Shown here: positions 25,820-37,510 of the stretch, piece after piece
Position numbering within the stretch: position 1 is the stretch's first letter
How the letters are laid out: every line of letters starts with the position of its first letter
From: Camelus dromedarius
Taxonomy: Eukaryota
DNA: 64,000 nt
Assembly: GCF_036321535.1 (NCBI RefSeq)
Contig: NC_087438.1
Location: 13,456,001 to 13,520,000, forward strand
Direction of reading: 5' to 3'
Program-made: the position numbers and the translations under genes
The notes under the pieces: model-generated
What the model was told of the DNA's origin: nothing
The model's input: the letters and a program-made list of their open reading frames with translations, nothing else
Databases searched by the model: none

Positions 25820-27125
25820 TTCATCCCCAAAGAGCAAAATATATATTCTTCTCAAGCACGTATGGAGCGTTCAACATGACAGGCCACATTATAAGCCAGA
25901 AAACATAACTTAACAAATGTGAAAGAACAGAAGTTATACAAAGTACATCTCTCATGACCTGGACTTAAAATAGAAACCAAAACAGAAATACAGTGTAAAA
26001 ATCCTCAAATATTTGGAAATTAAACAACATAATCTTAACAAATAACATATAAGCATAACATGTAATATATGTGTCAAATAAGAGGTCTCAAAGGAATTTT
26101 TTTAACAAAATGAAAGTATAATTTACACTAATGTTTTGGTCTCAGACTATCCATAACCAATGCTGTGGCTGGTCCAGTGTGCGTGGTTCTTATTGTGACT
26201 GCAAGACACCAATAGCAATAGCCATCAGGAAACTTTGAAAGAGAGTTTTATTACCTGTAAGTCCTGGAAGTTTCACTGCACACCTGGGATTTTTCTTTAA
26301 TTGGAGTTGAAAGTAGAGGCTTCGGGTTCACGGGCTCACTCTTTGTTGGTGAATTTAAAACATGAAAGTACAGGAAGAGAGAAAAACAAGCAGTGTAAAT
26401 GGTTAGTTACTGAAATCAACCAAATCTCTAAAACAAAGGAACCTCAGTGAGGGAAGGTGGCCTGGCCCTTAGTCTAGTCCTGTGGCCGGCAATGTGTTTA
26501 TTGAGACAGCAGTCTCTAAAGTGGATGCCTCTTTGAAGTAGATACTTTGGCCATCAAATCTTAAGTCAGGCACTTGCATTACAAAATAGAAAAACCAACT
26601 GTCAGGGGCTACCTACGTCAAATTCCTTAGTTGCAACAAAATTTTGTAAGACATTTAAAGCATCAAATGCATGGATTAGCAAATTAAAAAAGTCTAAAAT
26701 CAATAACCTGATTTTCCACCTTAGAAAACATGGAAAAAGGTATGTAGTGTAAGCCTAAAGTAAGCAGAAAAAATACATATAAGAACAGAAATCAATAAAA
26801 TTTAAAACAGAAAGCAACAGAGAAAATTGACAAAGTCTACCTCTTAGAGAGAAGCAGAGCCAAGAGGAGCCTAGGAAAACATGACGAGTAAATGTAGTAT
26901 GGAATCCTGGAAAGAACTGAGGAAATCTGAATAATGTATGGGCTTTCGCAAATAATAATTTATCAGTACTGGTTCATTAATTGTAACAAATATACAGCAC
27001 TAATATTAGATGTCAATAATAGGAGAAACTGGGTGTGTGATATATGCAAATTCTGTACTATCTTGACATTCCTTTGTTTTTCCAGGAAATCTTAAACCAT
27101 TCTAAAATAAAAATGTTTGTTTAAA
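25820..27125 (+). mobile_element. L1MC/MD fragment: ORF2 endonuclease-region remnant joined to 3' end, interrupted by an LTR
   Basis: tattcttctcaagcac...tttggaaattaaacaac; continues after ~26615; 3' end attaattgtaacaaat...ccattctaaaataaaa. Confidence 0.75.
26132..26612 (-). mobile_element. ERVL-type LTR (MER73/74-like) nested in L1
   Basis: Non-L1 block ending ttaagtcaggcacttgcattacaaaa...ccaactgtcagggg; L1 text resumes on both sides. Confidence 0.6.
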
Positions 27126-27367
27126 GAGTAATTAAGCTTTTTTGTCTATAATCTGTTCTACTTATTATACATAATATGCAGCAATACAAATACTTTAATA
27201 GCATGGCATAAAAATGATTGTGTTATTCTTGTTCATGAAATACAAATGCTTGTTTGTTTTTATTTAATTCAGCAATTATGTGACTGTACTTATTAAATTG
27301 ACTTTAATTTTGCACCATGCAGTTCAATTTCTTAGTCAGGAAAAGAATAATTCAAATTCTTATAGAT

Positions 27368-28164
27368 TATTAAAAAGTGCACAAATGGAAAATGCTGGAG
27401 AGGATGTGGAGAAAAGGAAGCCCTCCTACACTGTTGATGAGAATGCAGTTGCGTGCAGCCATTATGGAAAATAGTATGGGGATTCCTCAAAAAACTAAAA
27501 ATAGACCTACCTATGATCCAGCCATCCCACTCCTGAGCATATACTTGAGTGTATATCCACAGGGAATTTTAATTCAAAAAGATACATGCACCCCAATGTT
27601 TCCAGCAGCACTATTTACAATAGCCAAGAAAACATGGAAACAACCTAAATGTCCATTGACAGATGACTGGGCAAAGAAGTTGTGGTATATTTATACAATG
27701 GAATACTACTCAGTCAAAAAAAATTAATACCACTTGCAGCATCATGAATGGGCCTGGAGATCTTCATTCTAAGTGAGATAAGCCAGAAAGATAAAGAAAA
27801 TTATCATATGATACACTCATATCTGGAATGTAAAAACAGAAAAACGAAGACACTAATGAACTTATCTACAAAATAGAAACAGACTCATAGACATAGTAAA
27901 CAATCTTATGGCTACCAAGGGGTGAAGGAGGTGGGAAGGAATAAATTAAGAGATAGAGATTTGCAAATATTAACTGTATATATAAAATAGATAAACAACA
28001 AGTTTCTGTATAGCTCAGGGAACTATATTTAATAGCTTGTAGTAACCTATAATGAAAAAGAATATGAAAACAAATATATGTATGTATATGTATGACTTAA
28101 ACATGTTGTATGCCAGAAATTGACATAACATTGTAAACTGACTATGCTTCATTAAAAAAATAAA
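27368..28164 (+). mobile_element. Young 5'-truncated L1 (ORF2 C-terminus + 3' UTR + A tail)
   Basis: ORF 27377..27727 contains YDPAIPLL...KDTCTPMFPAALFTIAK...WKQPKCP; TSD aaattcttatagat (27354) / aaattcttgtacat (28165). Confidence 0.95.
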
Positions 28165-28555
28165 AAATTCTTGTACATCTGTGTATTTGCAGGAGTTGTG
28201 CTATCCTAGTCCTTATTTCTTTATACAAGCTAACAGATAAGCTGTTTTTAACTCCTCCTGCCATGATCATTTCAAATTCTCAACATTTACCTCTCCTTTC
28301 TTTATATATAATTTCTTATCATAGATAATATGTACCATTTATATAAGTGAAATCCTAAAAAAATCTTAACAAAATCAATGTGTTTTAGAAATCTTATGAA
28401 AGATAGAGAACCAGTTCATTATTATGAGTTACAATTTCTGAATTTTATCCACCAGGTATGCTTTTGATTGAACTTATTGAATAGTTAGAAAATTCATTTA
28501 ATTTCTATAATTTTCTAGGAAATAATGATAAATTTGAAATGCTTTACCAAGAATA

Positions 28556-28568
28556 ATATGTATATATG

Positions 28569-28606
<38 letters not shown>
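28556..28606. repeat. (TA)n(CA)n microsatellite
   Basis: Seen directly. Confidence 0.9.
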
Positions 28607-28642
28607 TTTCTATAAACAAATATAACATATAGGAATTTTCTC

Positions 28643-29572
28643 TTTTTTAATTTGATTTATTGAAATATAGGTGCTGTACAATATTAAATAAGTTACAGGT
28701 GTATAATATAGTGATTCACAGTTTTTAAAGGTTATACTTCATTTGTAGTTATTATAAATATTGATTATATTCCCTCTGTGGTACAATATATCCTTTTAGC
28801 TTATTTTATACGTAATAGTATGTACCTCTTACCTTTGACCCCTATATTTCCCCTCCCACCTTCCCTCTCCCACTGGTAATCACTAGTTTCTTCTCTACGT
28901 TTGTTAGTCTGCTTCTTTTTTGTTATATTCATTAGTTTGTTGTATTTTTTCAATTCCACATATAAATGATAACATACAGTGTTGCCTTTTTCTATCTGAC
29001 CTACTTCACTTAGCATATCGCCCTCCAAGCCCATCCATGTTGTTGCAAACAGCAAAAGTTTATTCTTTCTTATGGCTGAAAGCATTCCATTGTGTGGGTG
29101 CATGTGTGTGTGTGTGCACACACACACACATACAGTGGGGGGAAGTGGCCTTTGCTGTAGATTAATTGACCATAAGTGCATGGGTTTATTTCTGGGCTCT
29201 CTTTCCTGTCCCACTGGTGTGTGTTTCTGTTTTTATGCCACTGTTATGCTGTTTTGATTACTGTCATTTTGTAGTATAGTCTGAAGTCAGGAAGCATGGT
29301 TCCTCCAGCTTTGCTCTTATTTCTCAAGATTGTTTTGGCTATTCAGACTCTTTTGTGTTTCCATACAAATTTTAAAATTATTTGCTCTAGTTTTGTAAAA
29401 AATGCCCATGGGTATTTTGATAGAGATAGTGTTAATTCTGTATATAACCTTGGGTAATATGGTCATTTTAACATTATTGATTCTTCCATTCCAAGAATAC
29501 AGTATATCTTTTCATCTGCTTGTGGTAACTTCAATTTCTTGTGTCAATGTCTTATAGTTTTCTAAGCACAGG
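28643..29572 (-). mobile_element. L1 3' end plus non-contiguous ORF2 segment (internal deletion at ~29100-29148)
   Basis: 3' UTR and ORF2 end (LFATTWMGLEGDMLSE) then a jump to ttgaccataagtgcatgggtttatttctgggctctct. Confidence 0.9.
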
Positions 29573-30502
29573 TGCTCAGTGTTTTATTTGCTTTGAGCAA
29601 GTGTGGAAGATCATTAGTGCTGTGAATTTAAATGAAGGTAGTATCAGATTAGGTTGAAAAAAAATCTGATAAAAGTTTTATGAATAAGAATAAAATTAAA
29701 ATTGGTTTTAAGGACTTATTTTGGAGGAAGCAGAATGTATTAAATGTTGAGAATAAAATAGTGAACAGTACATATAATAGTCCAAGTACTCTAAGTTAGT
29801 GACTAAAATAAACAAACAAATAGACACTTAAAATACAATATGATAAAAATTAAGATGAGAGAAAAGGAGAGTATTACAGATGTTTAGAAAGATGAACACT
29901 GAAGCCAGATTTAAGATGGTGGGACTAGAATATCTTTCCAGGACAATTTAAGCTTGTGTTGGAGCTTAAGATGTAAGTAGATGTAAGTTGGAATTAGCTT
30001 GGCAATGGGGGAAAAGAATGTTCCAAGATAACAGAATAATATGTCTGTCACCTGGAAGAGGGTTCAGTCTTTGATCAAGAAATCAAAGTATATCAGTAAA
30101 ACAGAGTGAGGTGGAGTAGTTAGTAAAAGTTGAGGCACTAAAGTTATTAGGGGCTATAGTGTGTGGGACTTTGTAAACCAGGATAAGACATTTACAGTGA
30201 GACTATAGAGGACAATTATCATTTTTAAGCAGAAAAGGCGCAAAGAGAGCATTCAGAGGGTTTTGCAGAAATCAAGATTAAACAATGAAAGTAGGCAATG
30301 GCAGAGCCATGGCAAAGGGGAACATAGGACATTATACGGAGTTGAGAGATTGCTATGAAGTCTGACTGGTAGTACTTGATTAGATATAAAGTTGAGCTAG
30401 GCCAATAAATTGAGTATATTTTAATATAAACTCCCAAATATTTGGTTTAAATCATTAATCAGGTCATAGTGTCATTTATAAAGATATAAAACATGGGCAT
30501 AG

Positions 30503-30544
30503 GAGCATGTTTGAGGTAGAACATGTCCCACTGTGGACATGTTC
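30503..30544. promoter_or_regulatory. Three perfect RRRCWWGYYY (p53-family) half-sites with 6-bp spacers
   Basis: GAGCATGTTT 30503, GAACATGTCC 30519, GGACATGTTC 30535; motif match only, function untested. Confidence 0.3.
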
Positions 30545-30809
30545 TTTGGGAGATAGTTACACTGTAGTCACAAGCAGATGATTTGATAATTAGGTCTATT
30601 TCTAAAACAGAAAATAAAGATCAAAATAGGATTTGGGATCCTTCTGGTGATGATATGTGAAGTTGCCAGAGCAAGTGCTATCAACTCTGGCTGTAGGAAG
30701 AATGAGAAAAGGAGAGGCATCCATCCAGTTTCCGGAAAAGTCAACATTGCGTTTGATCAGTGAGAATGAGGACATGGATGAAGAGGCAGAGAAGAAGCGT
30801 GTAAGTAAG

Positions 30810-31150
30810 TGTAAAAATTACTAAACAGAAATCTCAGTTAAATAGAGTGGTGAGACCAGAAGGGGGAGCGCTCACCCCCTGTGACAATAGTCCAGCCCAA
30901 CAGGAAGAAAGAAAACTCCTCTTCTTCCCTGAGAAGGACTCAACCAATAAAAAACCATGCACTCTTTGCTTACTATAGCCCCCCCAAAGTCCTTTTCCTC
31001 TCCAAGAAGCGTTCTCCTTCCCTTGCTGATAAGAGGACTTGCCCATGGCTTACCAGGGTTGCAGATCCCAAATTGCAATTCTTGGCTGATTCTGACCAAA
31101 CTCATCTTTGCTGGTGAAATATCTGGCAGTCTATTTGTTTCAGGTCAATG
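30810..31150 (+). mobile_element. ERV1-class solo LTR
   Basis: Starts TGTAAA, CCAAT box near 30944, ends ...tcaggtcaatg; perfect 4-bp TSD TAAG (30806/31151). Confidence 0.9.
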
Positions 31151-31694
31151 TAAGTGAGTGGGGAAGAAAAAAAAAAGTCTGGGTAGGTGCAGTGCCTTGA
31201 GAGGCAAATAAGAAAATACTTCAAGATAAACATAGCGTGGTCCTGATTTAAAGAGAGAGAGAGAGAAACAAAGAGAGAGAGAGAGAATGTCAATGTACCT
31301 GATGGTTAAGCAAGAAAAACAAATCAGAAAATGTCCTTCGGGTTTAGTAAGAGAAGCTCACTAACATTGGCAAGAGACATTTCATTGGCATATTGAGGCT
31401 CAACCAATTTAGAAGTAAATAAGAGTTAGAAGAGTGGAGACAGTGGGATGCACAGACCATGGTAAGTATGATGTAGACGGTAATTCGAGGGAGAAATATG
31501 ATAGATGAAAATCTTTCTTTATGGAAGATGCATGAACACACTCAAGTATGTAAATATTGATTTGACATTAGAGAGGGAAACAGTTAAGAGATGTTAATAG
31601 GGGACATAGAAATTCCATATAAGGCAATGTGTGTTAATTCATTGGGACTTCTAACTGATTTTCTTATTCATTATATTGATTCAACCATATGAAC

Positions 31695-31908
31695 CAGAAT
31701 TTCTCAATCTCAGTATTGTTGACTTTGAGGAATAGACAATTCTTTGCTGTAAGATGCTGTTCTTGTGCTTTGCAAAATATTAGTAGCACTTCTGACCTCT
31801 AGACACTAGCTGCTAATACCACTCTTAGTCATGGCAACTAAAAATTCTCCAGTCATTGCAAATATACTATGAGGAAGGGTAAGTTCACCTTATTTGGGTG
31901 CCACACTG
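31695..31908 (+). mobile_element. MER20-like hAT-Charlie MITE
   Basis: cagaatttctcaatctcagtattgttgacttt...aattctttgctgt...cagtcattgcaaat...cactg; ~215 bp. Confidence 0.75.
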
Positions 31909-32549
31909 ATCTGAACTAAGGAATACGTTTCAAGACAAAATTCTAATAATGTTCTTAATCTCTAAAACACAATTATGAATTTGTATTACTTTTATTTTAA
32001 TCACTGTCTGAACAGGAAAGAAACACTGTATATTTTATTTGGAAAAGTTTAAATGTTTGCATTCAAATAAAGTGAAATATTTTGAAAGCTAACCTGGCAT
32101 GTTAGATTCCTTATAGCTTGCAAGTCACTTTGAAACATTTTCACAGTGTGAAAACTATAGTTATCCGATGAGAGACCTAATTTAGAGGTTAGCATTCAAG
32201 TTATGAGTATAGCCGTAGGGAAAAAAATGAGGTGAGAAATGGGGCCCATATTCCAGAATTCAATATTACCTAAAGAAATGAGACTATCCAGTATTATTTG
32301 GAGGAAAAGCGATATAACCCTTAAAGTGGTCTCTGGAAGAAATAAAGAATTCAGAGTAAGTGGATTTATTAATGACGTTTACAAGTGATGCTTTCCACAA
32401 AATACCACCATAAGTTCTGTAAAATCCTTTATCAAAAAACATAGATATACAATGATTAAATTTTTTTTTAAAAAGCCACTTATTTTTTTAAAATATAAAC
32501 ACATACTTTACTCATGGGCCATGAGGCTCTTTTTGGTGGCCTCCTGATT

Positions 32550-33010
32550 TAAAGGAGTCATATTCTTTGTGTGACATGAAGCCCTCTGGCCCGTTGCTAA
32601 AATAGGTTGGATGCTTTCCCATTTTAAATCTATGAAATAAAATACAAGGAATTACAAAGTAAACTAATTATACTGAAGTATAGATGTCAAATTTTAAATA
32701 TGGTGTGTTAATGTAAATACTTTTTAAATAAATGCAGTAAAATAAATTAATGGTACATGTAATAAAAACATAATTTCAAAATAGGGATAAACATATATGC
32801 TATATTATAATCTATGTAATATCTGATATGAAAATATTTATGGTTTCCATTAAACCAAAGGTTCTGCTGTGATTTCCCCACCCTTTATTGATAAATGAAA
32901 GAAATACTAAAATGCACTCAGAGGTTAGTTAAAATAAATACATTTTTTTTTCCAAAATGAATTCATGACTCACCCATATTCTTGGATTCCTGGAGTTAAT
33001 TGGAAGAATC
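32550..33010 (-). mobile_element. MER113-like hAT-Charlie element
   Basis: aaataaaatacaaggaattacaaagtaaactaattatactgaa and agaggttagttaaaataaa match recalled MER113 consensus in reverse. Confidence 0.7.
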
Positions 33011-33499
33011 AATGCTTTAAAAGGGCATTTCTATGCTGCTTAGAAAATTTTTAATTCTGTTTGCATAGTTTAAGAATAAAGAGAGTGAATGTCAAAAATT
33101 GCACTCATAGTTTGTCATGAACACTCTTTTTAATAATGATTAAAACGGAAGAATCTTACAGCATGTTTTAATTAGACATGGATGGTGTGAACCAAAGTGT
33201 TTCCTGCTCACTGATGGAAACAGCTATTCATTAGTTGTTTACCTGTAATGTAGTCACATTGTTTGGTCACAAAATCAACTTAAACTCACTGCTTGTGAAA
33301 GGATTGTAATCATCATTGTAGGTTCATTGTTTTCTTATACTTTCAACATGTATCAATCATTTCTTCTTTTCTGATAATATTTCTTCAACATTCTATACCA
33401 CTGACTTCGATTTCATATTTTTTAAATTCTTATATTCTCTGACATCAGAATTTGTTGGTTTTGCTAATTGCCTTTGTCAGGGATTTCTCAGCCTCCTCT

Positions 33500-33745
33500 G
33501 TAAGGCCTTTTTGTGCTTCTCTTTTTCTAAATCTAATTCTCAGACTTGTTACCCAGTGTTTCCCATCTCAATCTGTATTCATCATCTATCCCATTGTATA
33601 ACTCAGAATACTGAGATATTCCCTCTTACCTTTTACCCAAGAAGCTTTAGTGCCCAATGACTTTTACCACAAAAATGTATTTAATCTACTTACTTCTCTT
33701 CATCACCACTGTTACCAGCTCTAGCGTTTGTCCCTCATTATTTTG
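33500..33745 (+). mobile_element. L2 fragment
   Basis: cagtgtttcccatctca...cttctcttcatcaccactgttacc. Confidence 0.5.
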
Positions 33746-34082
33746 ACTTTTTGATAGTTTATAGGACTTTGATCTATGCAAATATTCAAGATGAGATTGT
33801 AAATTCCTGGCATGCTTGATAGTTTGATCTGGATATGTGATCAAGATCTGTTCAGTCTTCTCTGAGAAAAAGCAATATGTGCAACTTCTCCACCATGTCT
33901 ACCGAGAACGCACTTTCTCCCTTTTTCTTTTTCCCAGTCCTGCTTAATGGAAAGCAGACAACAGTGATGAATTACTTTGAACAATCCAGGCAAGAACAAC
34001 ATCTTAGAAAAATGTAGACAAGGAACATCATATTCTTGTTTAACAGAGGTTTTTTTTTTTTTTTTCCACATTTTTATTGTAC

Positions 34083-34512
34083 TGTCATGATTCAGCTAGA
34101 AGTTGTCAGTTTCCCTAGTTGAGCTGTCAGTTAAGTCCACACTCCTACCCACTCCTCTAATGGAACTCTCACACTTCACGGCCACCATACACCAGCCTTA
34201 ACTGCTCCAGGGTCAAGGGCCAGGTAGTTAGGGACAGTCCCTGTGCCTCAGAGCCTACTGCAATTCTTTAAATCAGCCAAACCACATGGAGCCCTTGATA
34301 CTAGCTAATTTCACCCCACTTCCCATATGTACAATGTCCCCACAGCTCCAGTATGCTGTTGCCCTTTCTCTGTGTAGACTTCTGTGTGTCCAGGCCTGGC
34401 AGCCTTCTCTTATTTGGAGCTGTACATAAGTGATAAACTGCCTTTCATCTGTCTGAGTGTCGTTGTGTTGTGCCCTGCCCCATTTAAAAGATCCTTTAAA
34501 TCTCATAAAACA
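34083..34512 (+). mobile_element. ERVL-type LTR (MER54/MER74 group)
   Basis: TG...CA block with agggacagtccctgtgcc...agagcctactg and gataaactg...gtgtcgttgtgttgtg. Confidence 0.7.
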
Positions 34513-34667
34513 CATTGATATTTCAGAGTGATCATGACTTCCTTAGACCACTCTATGCTCTGACTCTTAGGTGCATAAGAAGTCATCTTCTACCACGTTT
34601 CAGTATCGTTTGTGCTTTGCTCTCTGTTAAAAAAATTGAAAGTATGTTAAGTCATATTGTATTAAGT

Positions 34668-35240
34668 ATAATGACAGCTTCCAAAGTAATTCCATGCAGA
34701 GGAGACTTTGAAAAGGTAATTATAATTACTGAATAGTTGGCATTAAAATAGGGAGGTTATTCTGGATTGCTTGGGCAGACCCAGTGTACTCATACAAGTC
34801 CTGTGATGGTTAATTTTATGTGTCGTCTTGGCCAGGCTTTGATGCTTAGATGTTTGGTCAAACAATTTCTATATTACAAACAATATTGTATTATAGAAAT
34901 CCTGCCTGAGGTTCCAGCCTGTCAGCCAGTCCTACTGATGTCGGATTTGTCAGTTCCCATAATCAAATGAGCCTGTAAGCCAATTCCTTAAAATCTCTCT
35001 TTCATATATATATATATATGTATTCCAGAATACTTTTACTGGTAAAACCCTCAAAGCAGAAGCAGAGAGAGATTAGAAGCACAAAAATTCAATGTACTAT
35101 GCTGGTTTGGAGATCCAGGAGGTCATGTTTCAAGAAAATGAGAGTTACAACTGCAAGAAATTGAATTAAGTTTAATTCAATTAAATTCTGCCAACATCCT
35201 GAATGAGCTTGGAAGTACCTTCCCCAGAGCCTCCAGATAT
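34668..35240 (+). mobile_element. MLT1E-like LTR, split by an MLT2 insertion
   Basis: aaaatagggaggttattctggatt before and aattctgccaacatcctgaatgagcttggaag after the insert. Confidence 0.7.
34802..35045 (+). mobile_element. MLT2 LTR (internally deleted)
   Basis: Canonical start tgtgatggttaattttatgtgtc; agccaattccttaaaat followed by (TA)n. Confidence 0.8.
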
Positions 35241-35624
35241 AAAAGTAATAATTGCCATGGCATCATATTTATGACCTGATTTAAGTGAAAAGATAAGAGC
35301 ATAATATGATGTATGTAATGCACTTTCACTTACATATATATCAACATTTCCCAGCAACTTTAATAAAATGTTAGTGTCCTGAGGTATGATCACATCTATT
35401 TTGAGAAAAACTATCTGTAGATGTTGAAAGTTATTTTTCCGTTTATTATTTAACCTTGAGGCTGAAATTTAAAATATTTAAAACTAGAACAATGGCATTT
35501 TTAGAGCCTTTAACAAGTGTTGAGAGTCTAAAATGTGTCTCCATTGAGACCACCCTTTTCTTGGAGGGACATATTTCATGAAGCTGTTACTTAAGCTCAT
35601 ATGAAACAAACATCCACCCATGGC

Positions 35625-35755
35625 TAGGATGACCATATGCCTCAGTGCAGCCTGCTCAGGTTTGATTTAATCACAATCATAGCATAATTACTAATAGCAC
35701 TCTTTTCACATTCAGCCAAGTGTCCTAATCTTGCCAAAAAACTGTACGGTCATTG
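35625..35755 (-). mobile_element. MER94-like hAT-Blackjack MITE
   Basis: aggatgaccata...cataattactaatagcactcttttcac...aagtgtcc...tacggtca. Confidence 0.65.
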
Positions 35756-36400
35756 TTCTTATAGAAAACACAAACCTGCCCACAGTGTGTTTACATATTT
35801 ACACACACATTTAGCTGTGCATGATTGTTTGTAGGGACATATGTACTTCTCTCTCTGCCTGTCTGTGCTTTATATATATAAATATATATGTATATAGTGA
35901 CAGTTATTGGCAAAGAACATTATCAGTGTGAAATACTATGATGTTAAATGGATGATTTTAATTGGAGAGGACATGAAACAGGAGCCAGGTGAACATACAG
36001 TCTGAGAAAAAGAGAGCATGATAAAGTCTGAAATCCTAGAGTACGCAGCTAGCTTACGCAGGAAGGGAGCCTTCTGGAGACCAAGAAGAGAGACTTCCCC
36101 AAGGAAAGCCCCATGAAGGGACAGGATATAGCGCCATAGACATGTAACACGAGAGGGCGAAAAATGGTGAAGGGTGTAGTGTAGGGCATTGGACTGGAAA
36201 GATGAGAAAAAGCGAACAGAACGGATGGATATACACTCCTAGGAGAATCTCAGAAATGCTCATTTGGACAGAGAGAAAAATATGAAATTTATGCTGTTAC
36301 AACTGATACAATCTCAGAGCTAATATACTTTGATAATTAACCAAAATATAACCCAATTTTATATCTAAATTTGGTGAAATAAAGCATTCCAGTTGGATAG

Positions 36401-36440
36401 GCAGATGGATGGATGGATGGAGGGAGGGAGGGAGGGAGAA
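36401..36440. repeat. (GGAT)n(GGGA)n simple repeat
   Basis: Seen directly. Confidence 0.85.
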
Positions 36441-37404
36441 AGAGATCACAGAGTGTTGGTAGAAATGTTAAGTATCAGGTCAAATATTCCCCATGGTGAT
36501 AAACATATACTTCACTGACTCTTCTACATTCAAACCAAGGTATACTCCAGAATAAAATATTGTCAATTCCTTCCACTACTGACAAATATTAGTGATGCTT
36601 CATTGTCATTTTCTGTCTCAGCCATCTAGTTATTTTTTATTCCTTGGAGCTTGCTCTGTTTTGCTTAGCTTTGAGAGATTCTACAAAAATTATTTACTCC
36701 ATCACTTCTGAAAAGTGCAGATGGTGTGACAGGGACGAAAGCACAACTAAGAAGACTCTGACTACGACTGTGTTGAAAATAAAATAAATTAAACTGATGG
36801 AAAAATGATTAAATGTGCCCGTGTGAATGAAACAAATTATTCGGTAGGGAGGATTCTGAAGGATAAGAAATAAATAAAACAGAACATAGAAACTGCTGTG
36901 AGTATGTCATTGACAACAATCATCAAGACAAATACATGATAAAAAGGAAGACATAAAATAAGAAATAAAATACTCTATGGCTAGGCACAAGCCCTAGAGT
37001 TTTACTAAACAAAGCAAAACCAAAATCATCAGTTACTAATTAAAACAAGCAAAAGGAAGCATAACATTACAAATGTATTTCAGATGGCTCTGTAGGTACA
37101 AAATCTATTGTAATCTGCATAATTTTCCTGTGTGTTGGTGATAAAGGCAAATAAATATGATCTTTATTAGGGTACATTGTCTATATATGTATCATTTTTT
37201 TAACAACTGGTCACCGCTCAGAAGTAGTAACTGTGTTTTTCCCATATTTGCACCAATCTTTTATACTTAACATTGTCCATTAACAAACTAACTTAAACCC
37301 ACACCATTTTATATGTATTCTAAATTTCCCATTTTGATAGTTTTCATTTTTTTATGATTTAATTGGAGTGGTTTTTTTTTTTTTGAAAATTTTTGTTTTC
37401 TTGA

Positions 37405-37510
37405 AGTGGTTTACCAAAAGTTTTCAGGCAGCTGTCAAATGGCAAAGCCAGGATTTGAACCCAAGCCACTAGGCTTTAGAGTTTGTTTCTGTTACCACTG
37501 AGCTGTGTTG
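37405..37510 (-). mobile_element. MIR fragment
   Basis: ggcaaagccaggatttgaacccaag (antisense B-box region). Confidence 0.75.

Larger units (their letters stand above)
29730..31620 (-). mobile_element. L2 LINE fragment, interrupted by a solo LTR
   Basis: Purine-rich antisense L2 text (aagaatgttccaag...; ttttaagcagaaa; gttgagagattgct; atgtccttcgggtttag; gagtggagacag). Confidence 0.75.

Noticed and set aside
27377..27727. 116-aa ORF that looks protein-like (also 14506..14811, 7811..8086, 28801..29214, 49768..50001)
   Set aside because: These are L1 ORF2 fragments in truncated, frameshifted copies, not host genes
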